From assembly GCA_040007095.1 (NCBI GenBank), contig JBDTVS010000004.1:16201-80200 (forward strand): a stretch of DNA of 64,000 nucleotides. The letters run 5' to 3'. The notes beneath the pieces were generated by a model. That model had not been told where the DNA came from, ran no database searches, and saw only the letters and a list, made by a program, of their open reading frames with translations. Shown here one piece after another: positions 25,911-35,686 of the stretch (position 1 is the stretch's first letter; each line of letters opens with the position of its first letter). The position numbers and the translations under genes are program-made. The stretch is from Acidobacteriota bacterium. GTDB lineage: Bacteria > Acidobacteriota > Vicinamibacteria > Vicinamibacterales > CAVVIG01.

Positions 25911-28900
25911 TTACGGCGCGCTTTCGCCGGGCATGAGCTCGCCAGGTCGCTGTTGGACGACCGCCCGTCGGGTAGAGAGCCGCTCGATCAGCACGAACAG
26001 CAGCGGGATGATGAAGATCGCGATCAAGGTGGCTGCGAGCATGCCGGTGACGACGACCGTTCCCAGAATCCGTCGCGAGGCGGCGCCCGAGCCGCTGGCG
26101 ATCCACAACGGCACGCACCCGAGGATGAACGCGAACGAGGTCATCAAAATCGGGCGTAGCCGGAGCCGCGCCCCCTCGAGGGCGGCGTCCACGAGATCCC
26201 TGCCCTCATCGAGCCGCGCCTTGGCGAATTCCACGATCAGGATGGCGTTCTTTGCCGCCAGCCCGATCAGCATCACGACGCCAATCTGCGCGTAGACGTC
26301 GAAATCGAAGCGGCGGATGAACAGACCGAAGAACGCGCCGAAGACCGCAATCGGCACCGAAAGCAGGACCGAGAAGGGGAGCGACCAGCTCTCATAGAGA
26401 GCGGCCAGGATCAGGAAGACGAACGCGATCGACAACGCGAACAGGCCACTCGAGCCGCCGGCGTTCTTTTCCTGGTACGACAGCTCCGACCAGTCATAGC
26501 CCATCTCCGGAGGAAGGCTCGCACGCGCGGCCTGTTCCAGAGCATCCAGCGCCTGACCCGAGCTGTAGCCGGGAGCGGGCGCACCGGTCACCTGGGCGGC
26601 GCGGTAGACGTTGAACCGGTTGGTGTACTGCGGGCCGAACGCCGGCCTGGTCGCTTCGAGTGCGGAGAGCGGGACCATGGCGCCGTCGTTGTTGCGCACG
26701 TAGAACCTCGCGATGGCCTCCGGGCTTGTCCGTTCGGACCCTTCCGCCTGCAGGAATACCCGCCACTGGCGGCCGAACCGGTTGAACTGGTTCACGAACA
26801 GTCCGCCGAGAAACGCCTGCATCGTTTGATAGACGTCGCCGAGCGCGATCCCCTGCTTGAGGACCTTGTCGCGATCGACCTCGGCGAAGATTTGCGGCAC
26901 CGCCGCGGTGAACTGCGACGTCACGCCGGCAAGCTCCGGACGCTTGCGGGCCGCCGCGAGAAAGGTCTGCAGGTGCTGGTTCAGGAGATCGAGGCTGCCG
27001 CCGCTGCGATCCTGCAGCCAGAACGAAAAGCCGCCTTGCGTGCCGAGCCCCGGGATCGACGGCGGCATCACCGCGAACGCGATCGCCTCTGGAACGATCT
27101 GACGCAGCTGTCCGTTGATGCGGTTCACAATCGCGCGCGCGTCGAGGTCGGGACCGGTTCGCTCCGCCCAGGGCTTGAGGCCGATGAAGTAGAACGCGTA
27201 ATTGCCCGCGGTGACGCGCGACAGCAGGCTGAAGCCGGCAATCGTGTTGAAATTGCCGATCCCGGCGGTGCCAAGCAGCAGCCGATCGATCTTGCGGCAG
27301 ACCGCGTCGGTACGCTCGAGCGACGCCGCCGCCGGCAACTGGACGTTGAGAAGGAAGTAACCGTAGTCTTCTTCGGGAACGAAGCTGGTGGGGAGCCGCC
27401 GCCCAAGCGCGCCGGCCGCGACCGTGAAACCGACCAGCAGCGCGACGCCGATCACCGCCTTGCGCACGATCCGATGACTGAGGCTCACGTACCCGCGCGT
27501 CGCCTTGTCGAACCAACGGTTGAAGACGGCGAAGAAGCGCCCGAGCATGTGTTTCGACGGTGTTCTTGGCTTCAGCAGCATCGCCGACAACGCCGGCGAC
27601 AGGGTCAGCGCGTTGAACGCCGAAATCAGCACGGAGATCGCGATCGTGATCGCGAATTGCTTGTTCAATCGGCCTTGAATACCGGCCATGAAGCCGACCG
27701 GGATGAACACCGACGCCAGAATCAGCGCGATGCTGACGACCGGACCGGACACTTCCTCCATGGCCTTCAGCGTCGCCTCGCGCGGCGGCATGCCCTCTTC
27801 GATGTGATGCTCCACCGCCTCGACCACGACAATCGCATCGTCGACGACCAGACCGATGGCGAGCACGAGCCCGAACAGCGACAGCGTGTTGATCGAGAAG
27901 CCAAGTAACGGGAACACCGCGAAGGTCCCGATCAGCGAGACCGGGACCGCGATCATGGGAATGAGCGTCGCCCGCCAATTCTGCAGGAACAGATACACGA
28001 CGAACACGACCAGGAGCATGGCTTCGGAGAGGGTGATGAGGATCTCGCGGATGCCCTCGGAGACCGGCAGCGTCGTGTCGATTGAATAGCGGTACTGCAG
28101 ATCCTGCGGAAATCTCGTACTGAGGTCCGTCATCGTCTTCTTCACGCCGGCGGCGACGGCCAGCGCGTTCGAGCCCGGAGTTTGAAAGATGGCCACCGCA
28201 CAGCCCGGCTGTCCGTTGACGCGCCCGATCTGCTGGTAGTTGAGGGCCCCGAGCTCGACGCGAGCGACGTCCTTCAGTCGCACCACCGATCCGTCCGGAT
28301 TCGAACGTACGGCGATGGCGGCGAACTCCTCCGCCGTCTGGAGGCGACCCTGGGCGCGCACCGTGTAGGTCATTTCCTGGCCGGGCGGCGCGGGCTGTGC
28401 GCCGATCTGGCCGGCCGGATTGACCGTGCTCTGCTGCTGCACGGCCCGAACCAGGTCGGGCACCGTCAGTCCGAGCTTGGCGAGCACATCCGGCTTGACC
28501 CAGATCCGCATCGCGTAGTCGCCGGCGCCGAACAGCCGCACGTCGCCGACGCCGGGCACGCGGTACAGCGCGTCGATGATGTTGATGTTCGCGTAGTTGG
28601 CGAGAAACAGCGCGTCGTAGGTATCTTTCGGCGACGAGAGCGAGACGATCAACATCGGAAATCCGGTCGCCTTGCGCATCGTCAGTCCGAAGGCGTTGAC
28701 GTCGGGCGGCAGGTTCGCCGCGGCCTGCGCCACCCGGTTCTGGACGTTGACCTGATCGATGTTCGGGTCGGTCGACACGTCGAAGGTGACCGTCAGCTGC
28801 ATCGTGCCGTCGTTCGAGTTCGTCGACTGCATGTACAGCATGTTCTCGACGCCGTTGGTCTGCTGTTCGAGCGGGGTCGCCACCGCCTGTTCGATGGTGA

Positions 28901-29063
28901 GGGCATCGGCCCCGTTGTAGTTGGCCGTCACGCTGATCTGCGGTGGGATGATGTCGGGGAACTGCGCGATTGGCAGCGACTGCATCGCGACCAGACCTGC
29001 CAACACGGTGATGATCGCGATGACGATGGCGACGATGGGACGGCCGATGAAGAATCGGGACAT
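25911..29063 (-). CDS. RND efflux permease (AcrB/HAE1 family)
   Basis: 1050 aa. MSRFFIGRPIVAIVIAIITVLAGL... plus 12-TM architecture with two large periplasmic loops. The stop of the adaptor gene lies 2 nt upstream. Confidence 0.95.
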   Translation of the reverse strand: MSRFFIGRPIVAIVIAIITVLAGLVAMQSLPIAQFPDIIPPQISVTANYNGADALTIEQAVATPLEQQTNGVENMLYMQSTNSNDGTMQLTVTFDVSTDPNIDQVNVQNRVAQAAANLPPDVNAFGLTMRKATGFPMLIVSLSSPKDTYDALFLANYANINIIDALYRVPGVGDVRLFGAGDYAMRIWVKPDVLAKLGLTVPDLVRAVQQQSTVNPAGQIGAQPAPPGQEMTYTVRAQGRLQTAEEFAAIAVRSNPDGSVVRLKDVARVELGALNYQQIGRVNGQPGCAVAIFQTPGSNALAVAAGVKKTMTDLSTRFPQDLQYRYSIDTTLPVSEGIREILITLSEAMLLVVFVVYLFLQNWRATLIPMIAVPVSLIGTFAVFPLLGFSINTLSLFGLVLAIGLVVDDAIVVVEAVEHHIEEGMPPREATLKAMEEVSGPVVSIALILASVFIPVGFMAGIQGRLNKQFAITIAISVLISAFNALTLSPALSAMLLKPRTPSKHMLGRFFAVFNRWFDKATRGYVSLSHRIVRKAVIGVALLVGFTVAAGALGRRLPTSFVPEEDYGYFLLNVQLPAAASLERTDAVCRKIDRLLLGTAGIGNFNTIAGFSLLSRVTAGNYAFYFIGLKPWAERTGPDLDARAIVNRINGQLRQIVPEAIAFAVMPPSIPGLGTQGGFSFWLQDRSGGSLDLLNQHLQTFLAAARKRPELAGVTSQFTAAVPQIFAEVDRDKVLKQGIALGDVYQTMQAFLGGLFVNQFNRFGRQWRVFLQAEGSERTSPEAIARFYVRNNDGAMVPLSALEATRPAFGPQYTNRFNVYRAAQVTGAPAPGYSSGQALDALEQAARASLPPEMGYDWSELSYQEKNAGGSSGLFALSIAFVFLILAALYESWSLPFSVLLSVPIAVFGAFFGLFIRRFDFDVYAQIGVVMLIGLAAKNAILIVEFAKARLDEGRDLVDAALEGARLRLRPILMTSFAFILGCVPLWIASGSGAASRRILGTVVVTGMLAATLIAIFIIPLLFVLIERLSTRRAVVQQRPGELMPGESAP

Positions 29064-29065
29064 CC

Positions 29066-30454
29066 TCAGTGCCCTTCAGCGGCCGCCGTGAACGGCTTGG
29101 GGTTCACGATCGCGCCATCGACCGAGGGCGCGCCCTCCACCACCACTCGCGCGCCGGGTTCGAGGCCGCGCTCGATGATCCAGCGGCTGAGGACGCGATC
29201 GCCTGCCCGCACCGTGCGCGTGCTCACTTTGTTGTCCCAATCGACGACGCGCACCTGAAACGCGCCCTGCAGCTCGTTCACCGCGCGCTGCGGCACCAGC
29301 AGCGCGTCGGTTCGCACCCGGGTCTCCGCCCGGACGCGGCCGTACTGGCCCGGGCGAAGCGTGCGGTCTGGATTCGGAAACGTGGCGCTGATGCGGATGG
29401 TTCCGGTCTTCGCGTCGATTTCGCGATCGGCCGCGAGAAACGTGCCGCGTCGCGGATAGATGCTGCCGTCGGCGAGCACCAACGTCAGCAGGCTGCCGCC
29501 TTCCCACGGCCCCTTCGCGTTGCGGCTGTTGATTCGGCCGGCCACCTGCAGGTACTCCTGCTCGCTCAAGGGAAAGTACGCCTTGATCGGATCGATTTGC
29601 GAGACCGTCGTCAGCAGCGTCGAAGGTCCGACCAGATCGCCGATCTGGGCGGTAGCGATCGCGGCGACGCCGTCGATGAGCGATGTGACCGACGTGAAGC
29701 CGACATTCAGCTGCGCCGTTTCGACGGCGGCGGTGGCGGACTGGACGGCCGCCTGCGCGGCGAGACTGGCCTGCACGTCGTTGTCGAACTGGCCTTGCGC
29801 GATGGCGCGCTGTTCGGCCAGGGGGCGATCGCGCGCGACGTCCCGCTCGGCCTTGCCCAGTTGCGCCTGCGCTTCGGCGAGCTGACCGCGTGCCTGCGCG
29901 AGCGCGGATTGGACCGGTCTCGCATCGATCTCAAACAGCACCTGCCCCTTTCGGATCCCGGCGCCTTCCTCGTAGTGGCGGGCCAGCAGGTAGCCCGTGA
30001 CCTGGGGTCGAATCTGCGCGTTGACGTAGCCGTCGAGCGTGGCGATCCATTCGCTGGTCAGCGCGACACGTTCCGGCATCACCGTCACGACGCTCACGTC
30101 TGGCGGCCGCGGAGGCGGCGGAGAGGCGTGGCCATTGCTGCATCCCTGGAACAGCACCGGCGCCAGAAAGAGCAGGGCACACACCGTTCCGGCCGAGTCG
30201 ACAAGCCGCTGGCGCGAGGAGGGAGCGGTGTCCTGCGCGTACTTTGACCGGCGCCGCCAGCGATTCGCGGACGGGTTGGGGGTTAGCAGCCCGTGGTGAA
30301 AGTCCGTCGTCGCACCGAGGCGGGTGATGCGCCCGGATCGCCAGGCGCGAAACGCGAGAATACCGGGAGTATTTGAGCGTTGAGCAACGCCGCGAGGCGG
30401 GATGCAGCGCTCGCCGAATGCAGACGGACTTTTGCCACGGGTTGTTAGGGTCAT
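29066..30454 (-). CDS. RND efflux periplasmic adaptor (membrane fusion protein)
   Basis: Adaptor blocks: VALTSEWIATLDGYVNAQIRPQVTGYL, the coiled-coil LAEAQAQLGKAERDVARDRPL, and VVEGAPSVDGAIVNP. The start is uncertain. ATG 30454 overlaps the stop of the small ORF (ATGA) but leaves about 100 aa before the hydrophobic LLFLAPVLFQGC segment. The track start is 30514. Confidence 0.85.
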   Translation of the reverse strand: MTLTTRGKSPSAFGERCIPPRGVAQRSNTPGILAFRAWRSGRITRLGATTDFHHGLLTPNPSANRWRRRSKYAQDTAPSSRQRLVDSAGTVCALLFLAPVLFQGCSNGHASPPPPRPPDVSVVTVMPERVALTSEWIATLDGYVNAQIRPQVTGYLLARHYEEGAGIRKGQVLFEIDARPVQSALAQARGQLAEAQAQLGKAERDVARDRPLAEQRAIAQGQFDNDVQASLAAQAAVQSATAAVETAQLNVGFTSVTSLIDGVAAIATAQIGDLVGPSTLLTTVSQIDPIKAYFPLSEQEYLQVAGRINSRNAKGPWEGGSLLTLVLADGSIYPRRGTFLAADREIDAKTGTIRISATFPNPDRTLRPGQYGRVRAETRVRTDALLVPQRAVNELQGAFQVRVVDWDNKVSTRTVRAGDRVLSRWIIERGLEPGARVVVEGAPSVDGAIVNPKPFTAAAEGH

Positions 30455-30681
30455 TCCGGGTGCAGAGTGCATCGTTGCAGGCTGGGGTGAATGTGATGGG
30501 CAGTCCGCGGCCACAGCGTGGGGTCGGTGGAGACCAGGGCGTTGATCTCGCTTCGGCTCAGCTCGTATCCCAGGTCGCAGAGACCGGTCAGCGTCTGAAC
30601 AGGGTTCTCCCCAAAGCGATGCCGCAGATCTTCATCCGTCAACAGGCGTCCGATGATGAGCTCGACGGTTCGTTGTGACAT
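30451..30681 (-). CDS. Tentative small protein with NHLP/Nif11-leader-like helical N-terminus
   Basis: 76 aa from ATG 30681: MSQRTVELIIGRLLTDEDLRHRFGENPVQTLTGLCDLGYELSRSEINALVSTDPTLWPRTAHHIHPSLQRCTLHPE. Codon usage is coding-like. A sigma-54 promoter match lies immediately upstream. No Shine-Dalgarno, and the predicted leader is short. Confidence 0.5.
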   Translation of the reverse strand: MSQRTVELIIGRLLTDEDLRHRFGENPVQTLTGLCDLGYELSRSEINALVSTDPTLWPRTAHHIHPSLQRCTLHPE

Positions 30682-30701
30682 GTCTGAACGACCGTAGTAA
30701 G

Positions 30702-30716
30702 GCAACACACGTACCA
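30702..30716 (-). promoter_or_regulatory. Sigma-54 (-24/-12) promoter candidate
   Basis: The minus strand reads TGGTACGTGTGTTGC against consensus TGGCACG-N4-TTGC, with correct GG-N10-GC spacing. It ends 20 nt before ATG 30681. It faces away from the sigma-54 activator gene at 31195. Confidence 0.55.
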
Positions 30717-30803
30717 GGCGGGTGCGGACTTCAATGAACGCACGAATCGAGATTCGTTGGGCTTTCAGACACTGGCCTCACCGGCGCAGAGGCGGCCGCT
30801 GAA

Positions 30804-30825
30804 TGTAGATGCGCAGGAATCTACA
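30804..30825. promoter_or_regulatory. Inverted repeat TGTAGAT-N8-ATCTACA (candidate enhancer-binding-protein site)
   Basis: Perfect 7-bp arms, about 100 bp upstream of the sigma-54 promoter candidate. A second palindrome ACGAATC-GA-GATTCGT lies at 30742..30757. Confidence 0.35.
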
Positions 30826-31194
30826 GACTGACGGCTGATGTGCACTTGTGGCAACGCGGTCGCGTCAATCTGCCGCGAGCGTTCTATACTGAGTTTGCCG
30901 CTGCTTTCTTATGCCAATGCCGAGCCGCCCGACCCTCGACCTTCGCAAACAGGAGATCGCACGGGCAGGTTGTTTCGACAGCGGCACACGCATCGGCTCT
31001 TCATGCGACGCGTCGAATCCCGCACGCGATAGCGCGCCTGCGCCCGCCGGTGGCTGACTCGATACGGACGCCGTCGCACCCCAAGCCCGGTCGCCGGAAG
31101 GGCAGGCGAGACTGTCTGCAGCGGCGAGGACACTGGTCTAGCTGAGGATCCATGTTTGCTCGCCAAGTGTTAGGGCCAGTCGGGAAATAAGTGA

Positions 31195-33240
31195 ATGATG
31201 CAGTTATTTCCTGACAGGCCCTTAGGCCGCGAGATTGTCGATCGCCTCGAGGCGATTCATCACCTGTTGCCAGATCTCGCGACCGCGGTGGACGTGCGAG
31301 ACGTCCTGGCCCAGTTGACCGTCGCCGCGTCCCAGGTCATCCCCCACGACGAGGCGCGTTTGACAATCGTGACGCCAGCGGGCAGACAGTCCTGGCGAGT
31401 CGCCCGATCGTCGGTGGACGGCGCCGGCATCCCCGTCCCGGCCGCGAACGATTTCGTGAGCGATGAGGCCGCGGCGTCTGACGTGCTCGATGGCCTCTCC
31501 GGACAGTCCCGTGGCATGCAGAGCGGCGTGCGCGCGCCGGTTCGGATCGGCCAGGATTTCATGGGCACGATCGGCTTTCTGTCGAAGACGGCCGGGAGCT
31601 ACACGGAGGCGGATCTGGTGGTGGTGCAACGGATGGCCGACTTCGTGGCGATCGCGCTGACGCACCACCGCCTCGTGGACGAAGCGCGCCGGGGGGCGGC
31701 CGAACGGGAGCGCGCGGCGGCCCTGGCTGCTTCCGAAGATCTGTTGCGGACCTTGTCCAAGACGCTCGACATCCGCGACGTGTTCGTCCGGGTCTCCGAC
31801 ATCGTGGCGCGCGTGCTGCCGCATGACCGTATGAGCATGACGCTCTACGACGACACCACGGGAGAGATCCTGCGGCATGCCGTCTCGAACGATCGCGGCC
31901 CGGCGCTCATGCGCATCCGCCCGACGCCGTCTGGCGCGCTGAAAGCGGATGGGTCGTTCCGGATCATTGCGGATTTGACCCAGGAACTGATTCCGGTAAC
32001 GGATCCTCCAGGTCTCCGGGATCAGTGGCTGGCGGCTGGCTACCGATCGATGCTGGCGATTCGGCTGGACGCGCGGGGCCAATCCTTCGGCCTGCAATTC
32101 TGGTCGCTGCGGCCCGGCGCCTTCAGCCCTGATGACGTGACGGTTGCGCGCCGGATCGGGGATCACGTGGCGCTGGCGGTGTCCCACGAGCGACTCGCCG
32201 AAATTGCCCAGCAGGTGGCGGAGGCGCGGGCCCACGCGGAACGGCTCGAACTGCGCGTCAAATCGCTCTCAGAGGCTCTCGACTCGAGGGCGGGCTACGG
32301 ACGCGTGGTGGGACAGTCCGAGCCCTGGCAGGCGATTCTGAAGCAGGCGGCGCAGGTCGCGGCCACCGACACCACCGTGCTCCTGACCGGTGAGTCGGGC
32401 ACTGGCAAGGAAGTCGTGGCGCGGTTCATCTACCGCGCTTCTGCCCGAAGCACCGGCCCCTTCGTGGCGATCAACTGCGCAGCGCTTCCCGAGCAACTGC
32501 TCGAGTCGGAGCTGTTCGGGCATGAGCGCGGCGCGTTCACTGGCGCGCATCAGGCCCGCCCCGGACAGCTCGAGATGGCCGCCGGCGGCGTCTTGTTCCT
32601 CGACGAGGTCGCCGAAATGAGCCCGTCCGCGCAGGCGAAGTTTCTCCGTGTCCTGCAGGAGCGCGAGTTTCAGCGGCTCGGCAGCACGCGGGTGCTGAAA
32701 GCCAATGTTCGCGTGATTGCCGCGACCAATCGCGACCTGAAGAAGGCGATGGCGCGCGCGGACTTTCGCGAGGACCTGTACTACCGCCTGAATGTCTTCA
32801 ATATCCTGGTGCCGCCGTTGCGCGAGCACCGCGACGACATCCTGCCGCTCAGCCAGGCCTTTCTGGATGAAATCGGCCGATCGTTCGGGCGTCCGCCTGC
32901 CGGCCTCACCCATGACGCGAAAGACGCCCTGCTCAATTCGCGCTGGCCCGGCAACGTGCGCGAGTTGCGCAACGCCCTCGAGCGTGCCGCCATCGTTTGC
33001 GAAGGGGGCCTGATCACCGCTGCCCATCTGTCGCTTCCGCGCGCCCCGGTCGAGCTCGCGGCGGCGAGTTCCCCCGAGCCTCCGGCGGCGGGTTCGACGA
33101 CCGACCTGACAATCGTGGAACGCGATCTGGTCCGTCAGGTCATGCAGGAGTGCGGCGGAAACAAGTCGCGGGCCGCGCAGCGGCTCGGCCTGACGCGCGC
33201 GCAACTGTACGTGCGGCTTCGCAAGTATCAACTCGAATAG
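31195..33240 (+). CDS. Sigma-54-dependent transcriptional activator, GAF-GAF-AAA+-Fis HTH
   Basis: 681 aa. Two N-terminal GAF-like domains. AAA+ core with GESGTGKE, the GAFTGA loop ([14 protein letters not shown]) and [11 protein letters not shown]-terminal [22 protein letters not shown]. Confidence 0.92.
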   Translation: MMQLFPDRPLGREIVDRLEAIHHLLPDLATAVDVRDVLAQLTVAASQVIPHDEARLTIVTPAGRQSWRVARSSVDGAGIPVPAANDFVSDEAAASDVLDGLSGQSRGMQSGVRAPVRIGQDFMGTIGFLSKTAGSYTEADLVVVQRMADFVAIALTHHRLVDEARRGAAERERAAALAASEDLLRTLSKTLDIRDVFVRVSDIVARVLPHDRMSMTLYDDTTGEILRHAVSNDRGPALMRIRPTPSGALKADGSFRIIADLTQELIPVTDPPGLRDQWLAAGYRSMLAIRLDARGQSFGLQFWSLRPGAFSPDDVTVARRIGDHVALAVSHERLAEIAQQVAEARAHAERLELRVKSLSEALDSRAGYGRVVGQSEPWQAILKQAAQVAATDTTVLLTGESGTGKEVVARFIYRASARSTGPFVAINCAALPEQLLESELFGHERGAFTGAHQARPGQLEMAAGGVLFLDEVAEMSPSAQAKFLRVLQEREFQRLGSTRVLKANVRVIAATNRDLKKAMARADFREDLYYRLNVFNILVPPLREHRDDILPLSQAFLDEIGRSFGRPPAGLTHDAKDALLNSRWPGNVRELRNALERAAIVCEGGLITAAHLSLPRAPVELAAASSPEPPAAGSTTDLTIVERDLVRQVMQECGGNKSRAAQRLGLTRAQLYVRLRKYQLE

Positions 33241-33347
33241 ACCGACGGGCCCGGTCCGGCTGAAGCCGCAAACTACGGACGGGTCGACAACGCGTTAGAC
33301 ATCCAGTCACGCGAGGCGGCAGGTGCGCCATGGCGGCCCGGCGGCAA

Positions 33348-34466
33348 TCAGTGCTGGACTGCCGGAGACGTCGGGTTTGCCGGTGACGCCAAACTCTTCG
33401 AGAAGAACGGGAGCACGTTCCTTTCGATCCGCTCGCCGACCCTGTTGGTGTGATCGCCGTCGTACTCCTCGTAGCTGTGGGGAATCTTCAAACGCGTCAG
33501 GGCCTGGTTCAACTGGCGATTCGTCGTGATCAGATTGTCCTTGGTGCCGATGTCGATCGCGATCGCATAAAACGCGTTGAGACCGGGTACGTAGCCTTCG
33601 ATCATCGTCAGCGGCGCGTTGGCCGCCCACTTGGCGACGATGTCGGGCCGGACCTTGCCATCTTTGACCGGCAAATCGAGATAGAGCGGCGGGTTGTTGG
33701 GATTCGGCGACCACGCCGCGGCCGACGCGAGATTCACGGAAGGTCCAAACCCGGGAGCTCGCGCCGCTTCCTCCGCTTGCTCGCGCGTCTTGATTGCCTC
33801 CGCGGGAGCCATTGCCTCCGGCCGTGGCGTGTTCGCCGCCAGGCAGCACGCGCTCATGACGTAGAGGCTCGAGAATACCTCCGGCCGCTTCATGCCGATC
33901 CGAATCGCGCCGTATCCGCCCATCGAGTGACCGGCCAGACCGCGGCTGATGCGTGCCGCGATCGTGCGGTAGTGGCCATCGACGTAGGCCACGAGATCCT
34001 GGGCGACGAAGTTCTCCCAGTTGCCCGAGGTGACCGAATCCGAATACATGCTGCCTTTGTGCAGCGTGAAGGCATTGGGGGTGACGACAATCAGCTCGCT
34101 GAAGCCCTGCGTGGCGGCAAGCCGATCGGCGCTCTCGGGCAGCTTGGCGAGCCGGCTGTTGAAGGTGTCGTCGCGTCCGCCGTAGCCATGCAGCAGATAC
34201 ACCACCGGATAGCGGCGGGTCTGCTCCGCGGCGTAGCTCGGGGGCAGATAGACACTGACCTCGCGATCAGGGGAATCGCCTTCGAGATTGCCTTCGAGCG
34301 ACTTGCCGTGCACCGTGATGTGCTCGACAGTCCCCGTGCGGGCGCCTGCTGCCGTTCCGCCTCCCGCCGGCCCGCCTCCTCGCCTGCCCTGAGCATCCAG
34401 AGTCGGCAACATACAGACGGCGAGCGCCGCCACGCAGGCGATGGACCGTCCAGCGTTCAGCAACAT
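33348..34466 (-). CDS. Exported alpha/beta hydrolase, putative esterase (esterase D/enterochelin-esterase-like) family
   Basis: 372 aa with a signal peptide. YPVVYLLHGYGG and the nucleophile elbow LAGHSMGGYGA. GGAGA before the ATG. Confidence 0.85.
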   Translation of the reverse strand: MLLNAGRSIACVAALAVCMLPTLDAQGRRGGGPAGGGTAAGARTGTVEHITVHGKSLEGNLEGDSPDREVSVYLPPSYAAEQTRRYPVVYLLHGYGGRDDTFNSRLAKLPESADRLAATQGFSELIVVTPNAFTLHKGSMYSDSVTSGNWENFVAQDLVAYVDGHYRTIAARISRGLAGHSMGGYGAIRIGMKRPEVFSSLYVMSACCLAANTPRPEAMAPAEAIKTREQAEEAARAPGFGPSVNLASAAAWSPNPNNPPLYLDLPVKDGKVRPDIVAKWAANAPLTMIEGYVPGLNAFYAIAIDIGTKDNLITTNRQLNQALTRLKIPHSYEEYDGDHTNRVGERIERNVLPFFSKSLASPANPTSPAVQH

Positions 34467-34580
34467 CTCAATCTCCAGTCTCGCTTACGGATCTCCGCGC
34501 CGCGAATCTTCCGTCCACGACCGCTCCAGCGCCATAGTAGTACCCGGTTTTTCTCTCGGACGCCAGTCGACGCCACTTAG

Positions 34581-34734
34581 AACCCTGGCGGAAATTAGGC
34601 TGCCACCTTCGCCGTCGATGCATCCCGCCGGGCTGCGTTGCTCGTCGCTTGCATACTCCCGGTATGCGCGCTCCTCACGCCTTGCCGGGCGGGCGCCTCG
34701 ACGCCCAAGCTGACAGCTTAATTCCCGCCAGGGT
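34581..34734 (+). repeat. Hairpin element family 1, copy B (154 bp)
   Basis: The core differs from copy A at 3 positions. The arms AACCCTGGCGGAAATTAGGCTGCC...CAGCTTAATTCCCGCCAGGGT differ in sequence from A/D but are mutually complementary. Confidence 0.9.
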
Positions 34735-34924
34735 CGTTAGGACCTCAGGCTTCGGGCGGCTCTCGCTGTCGGGCCAACGCTGCTCGCAACAAGCAGCGCA
34801 AGGTCGGGGCGGCAGCCGAATCGATGGGCGACAGGGAATCACATGGGGAATAATGTGCACGGTCAGGCACGTCGCCGCACGTGATTGCCTCGACATTTTG
34901 CGAAGGACCACCAGGAGACGCCAG

Positions 34925-35605
34925 ATGATGATCATGCACCGACAGTTGAATTGGGGCGCCGCCTTTCTGCTGCTGGCCTCGGGAGCGCTTGTGGCCGCGG
35001 CGCAATCGACGGCGAAGCTTCCGGCCGATCTCGATTCCGATTCCCACGCGCGTATTCCCTACCTGCAGCGCAAGGATCTGGATGCGCGCGGCCAGAAAAT
35101 CTACGACACGCTGCCTGGCCGCAGCGCCGAAGGCGTGCTGCGCGGCCCGCTCGCCTTTGCCGCGTACAACCCAGCCGTGGCGCAGGCCCTGTTCGATCTT
35201 CACAATGCGGCCGTGCAGGAAGGCACGCTGGATCCACACGTGCGGGAACTGGCCATCCTGGTCGCGTGCCGGGAAACCAACTACAGCCTCGAATGGAATG
35301 CGCACGAGCCGAGCGCGTTGAAAGCCGGCGTGGATCCCAAGGTGATCGACGCAGTGCGCCACAGCCGCGCCCTCAGCGGTGTCGACGACAAGGATGCGCT
35401 GGTGATCCGCTTTGGCCGCCAGATGCTCCGCGACAAGAACATGGACTCGGCCACCTTCGCGAAAGCCGTGGAGTTGTTCGGCCGGCGCGGCGCCATGGAC
35501 ATGGTGGCGGTCATGAGCACGTACGCGGTCAGTGGGCTGTTTGCGATTGCCGTCGACGAGCACATGCCGGCAGGACGGCCGGAACTGGAGCGTGTCGCGA
35601 AGTGA
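34925..35605 (+). CDS. Carboxymuconolactone decarboxylase (AhpD-like) family protein, exported
   Basis: Trimmed to ATG 34925, 6 nt after AGGAGA. Signal peptide MMIMHRQLNWGAAFLLLASGALVAAAQS. CMD-type block VRELAILVACRETNYSLEWNAHEPSALKAGVD. Confidence 0.8.
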   Translation: MMIMHRQLNWGAAFLLLASGALVAAAQSTAKLPADLDSDSHARIPYLQRKDLDARGQKIYDTLPGRSAEGVLRGPLAFAAYNPAVAQALFDLHNAAVQEGTLDPHVRELAILVACRETNYSLEWNAHEPSALKAGVDPKVIDAVRHSRALSGVDDKDALVIRFGRQMLRDKNMDSATFAKAVELFGRRGAMDMVAVMSTYAVSGLFAIAVDEHMPAGRPELERVAK

Positions 35606-35686
35606 TTGATCAGTTCTCGGTCGTCGGGCGCCTACGGGGCGTCTCGCCCGTCTCGGTGCGATGCCAGATTTTCACGACGGGCTACT

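Noticed and set aside
30849-30863. Second sigma-54-like motif TGGCAACGCGGTCGC on the plus strand, facing the activator gene
   Set aside because: The spacing is right but the -12 element is TCGC rather than TTGC. It would leave a 330-nt leader. This is much weaker than the minus-strand site, so it is not reported as a feature.
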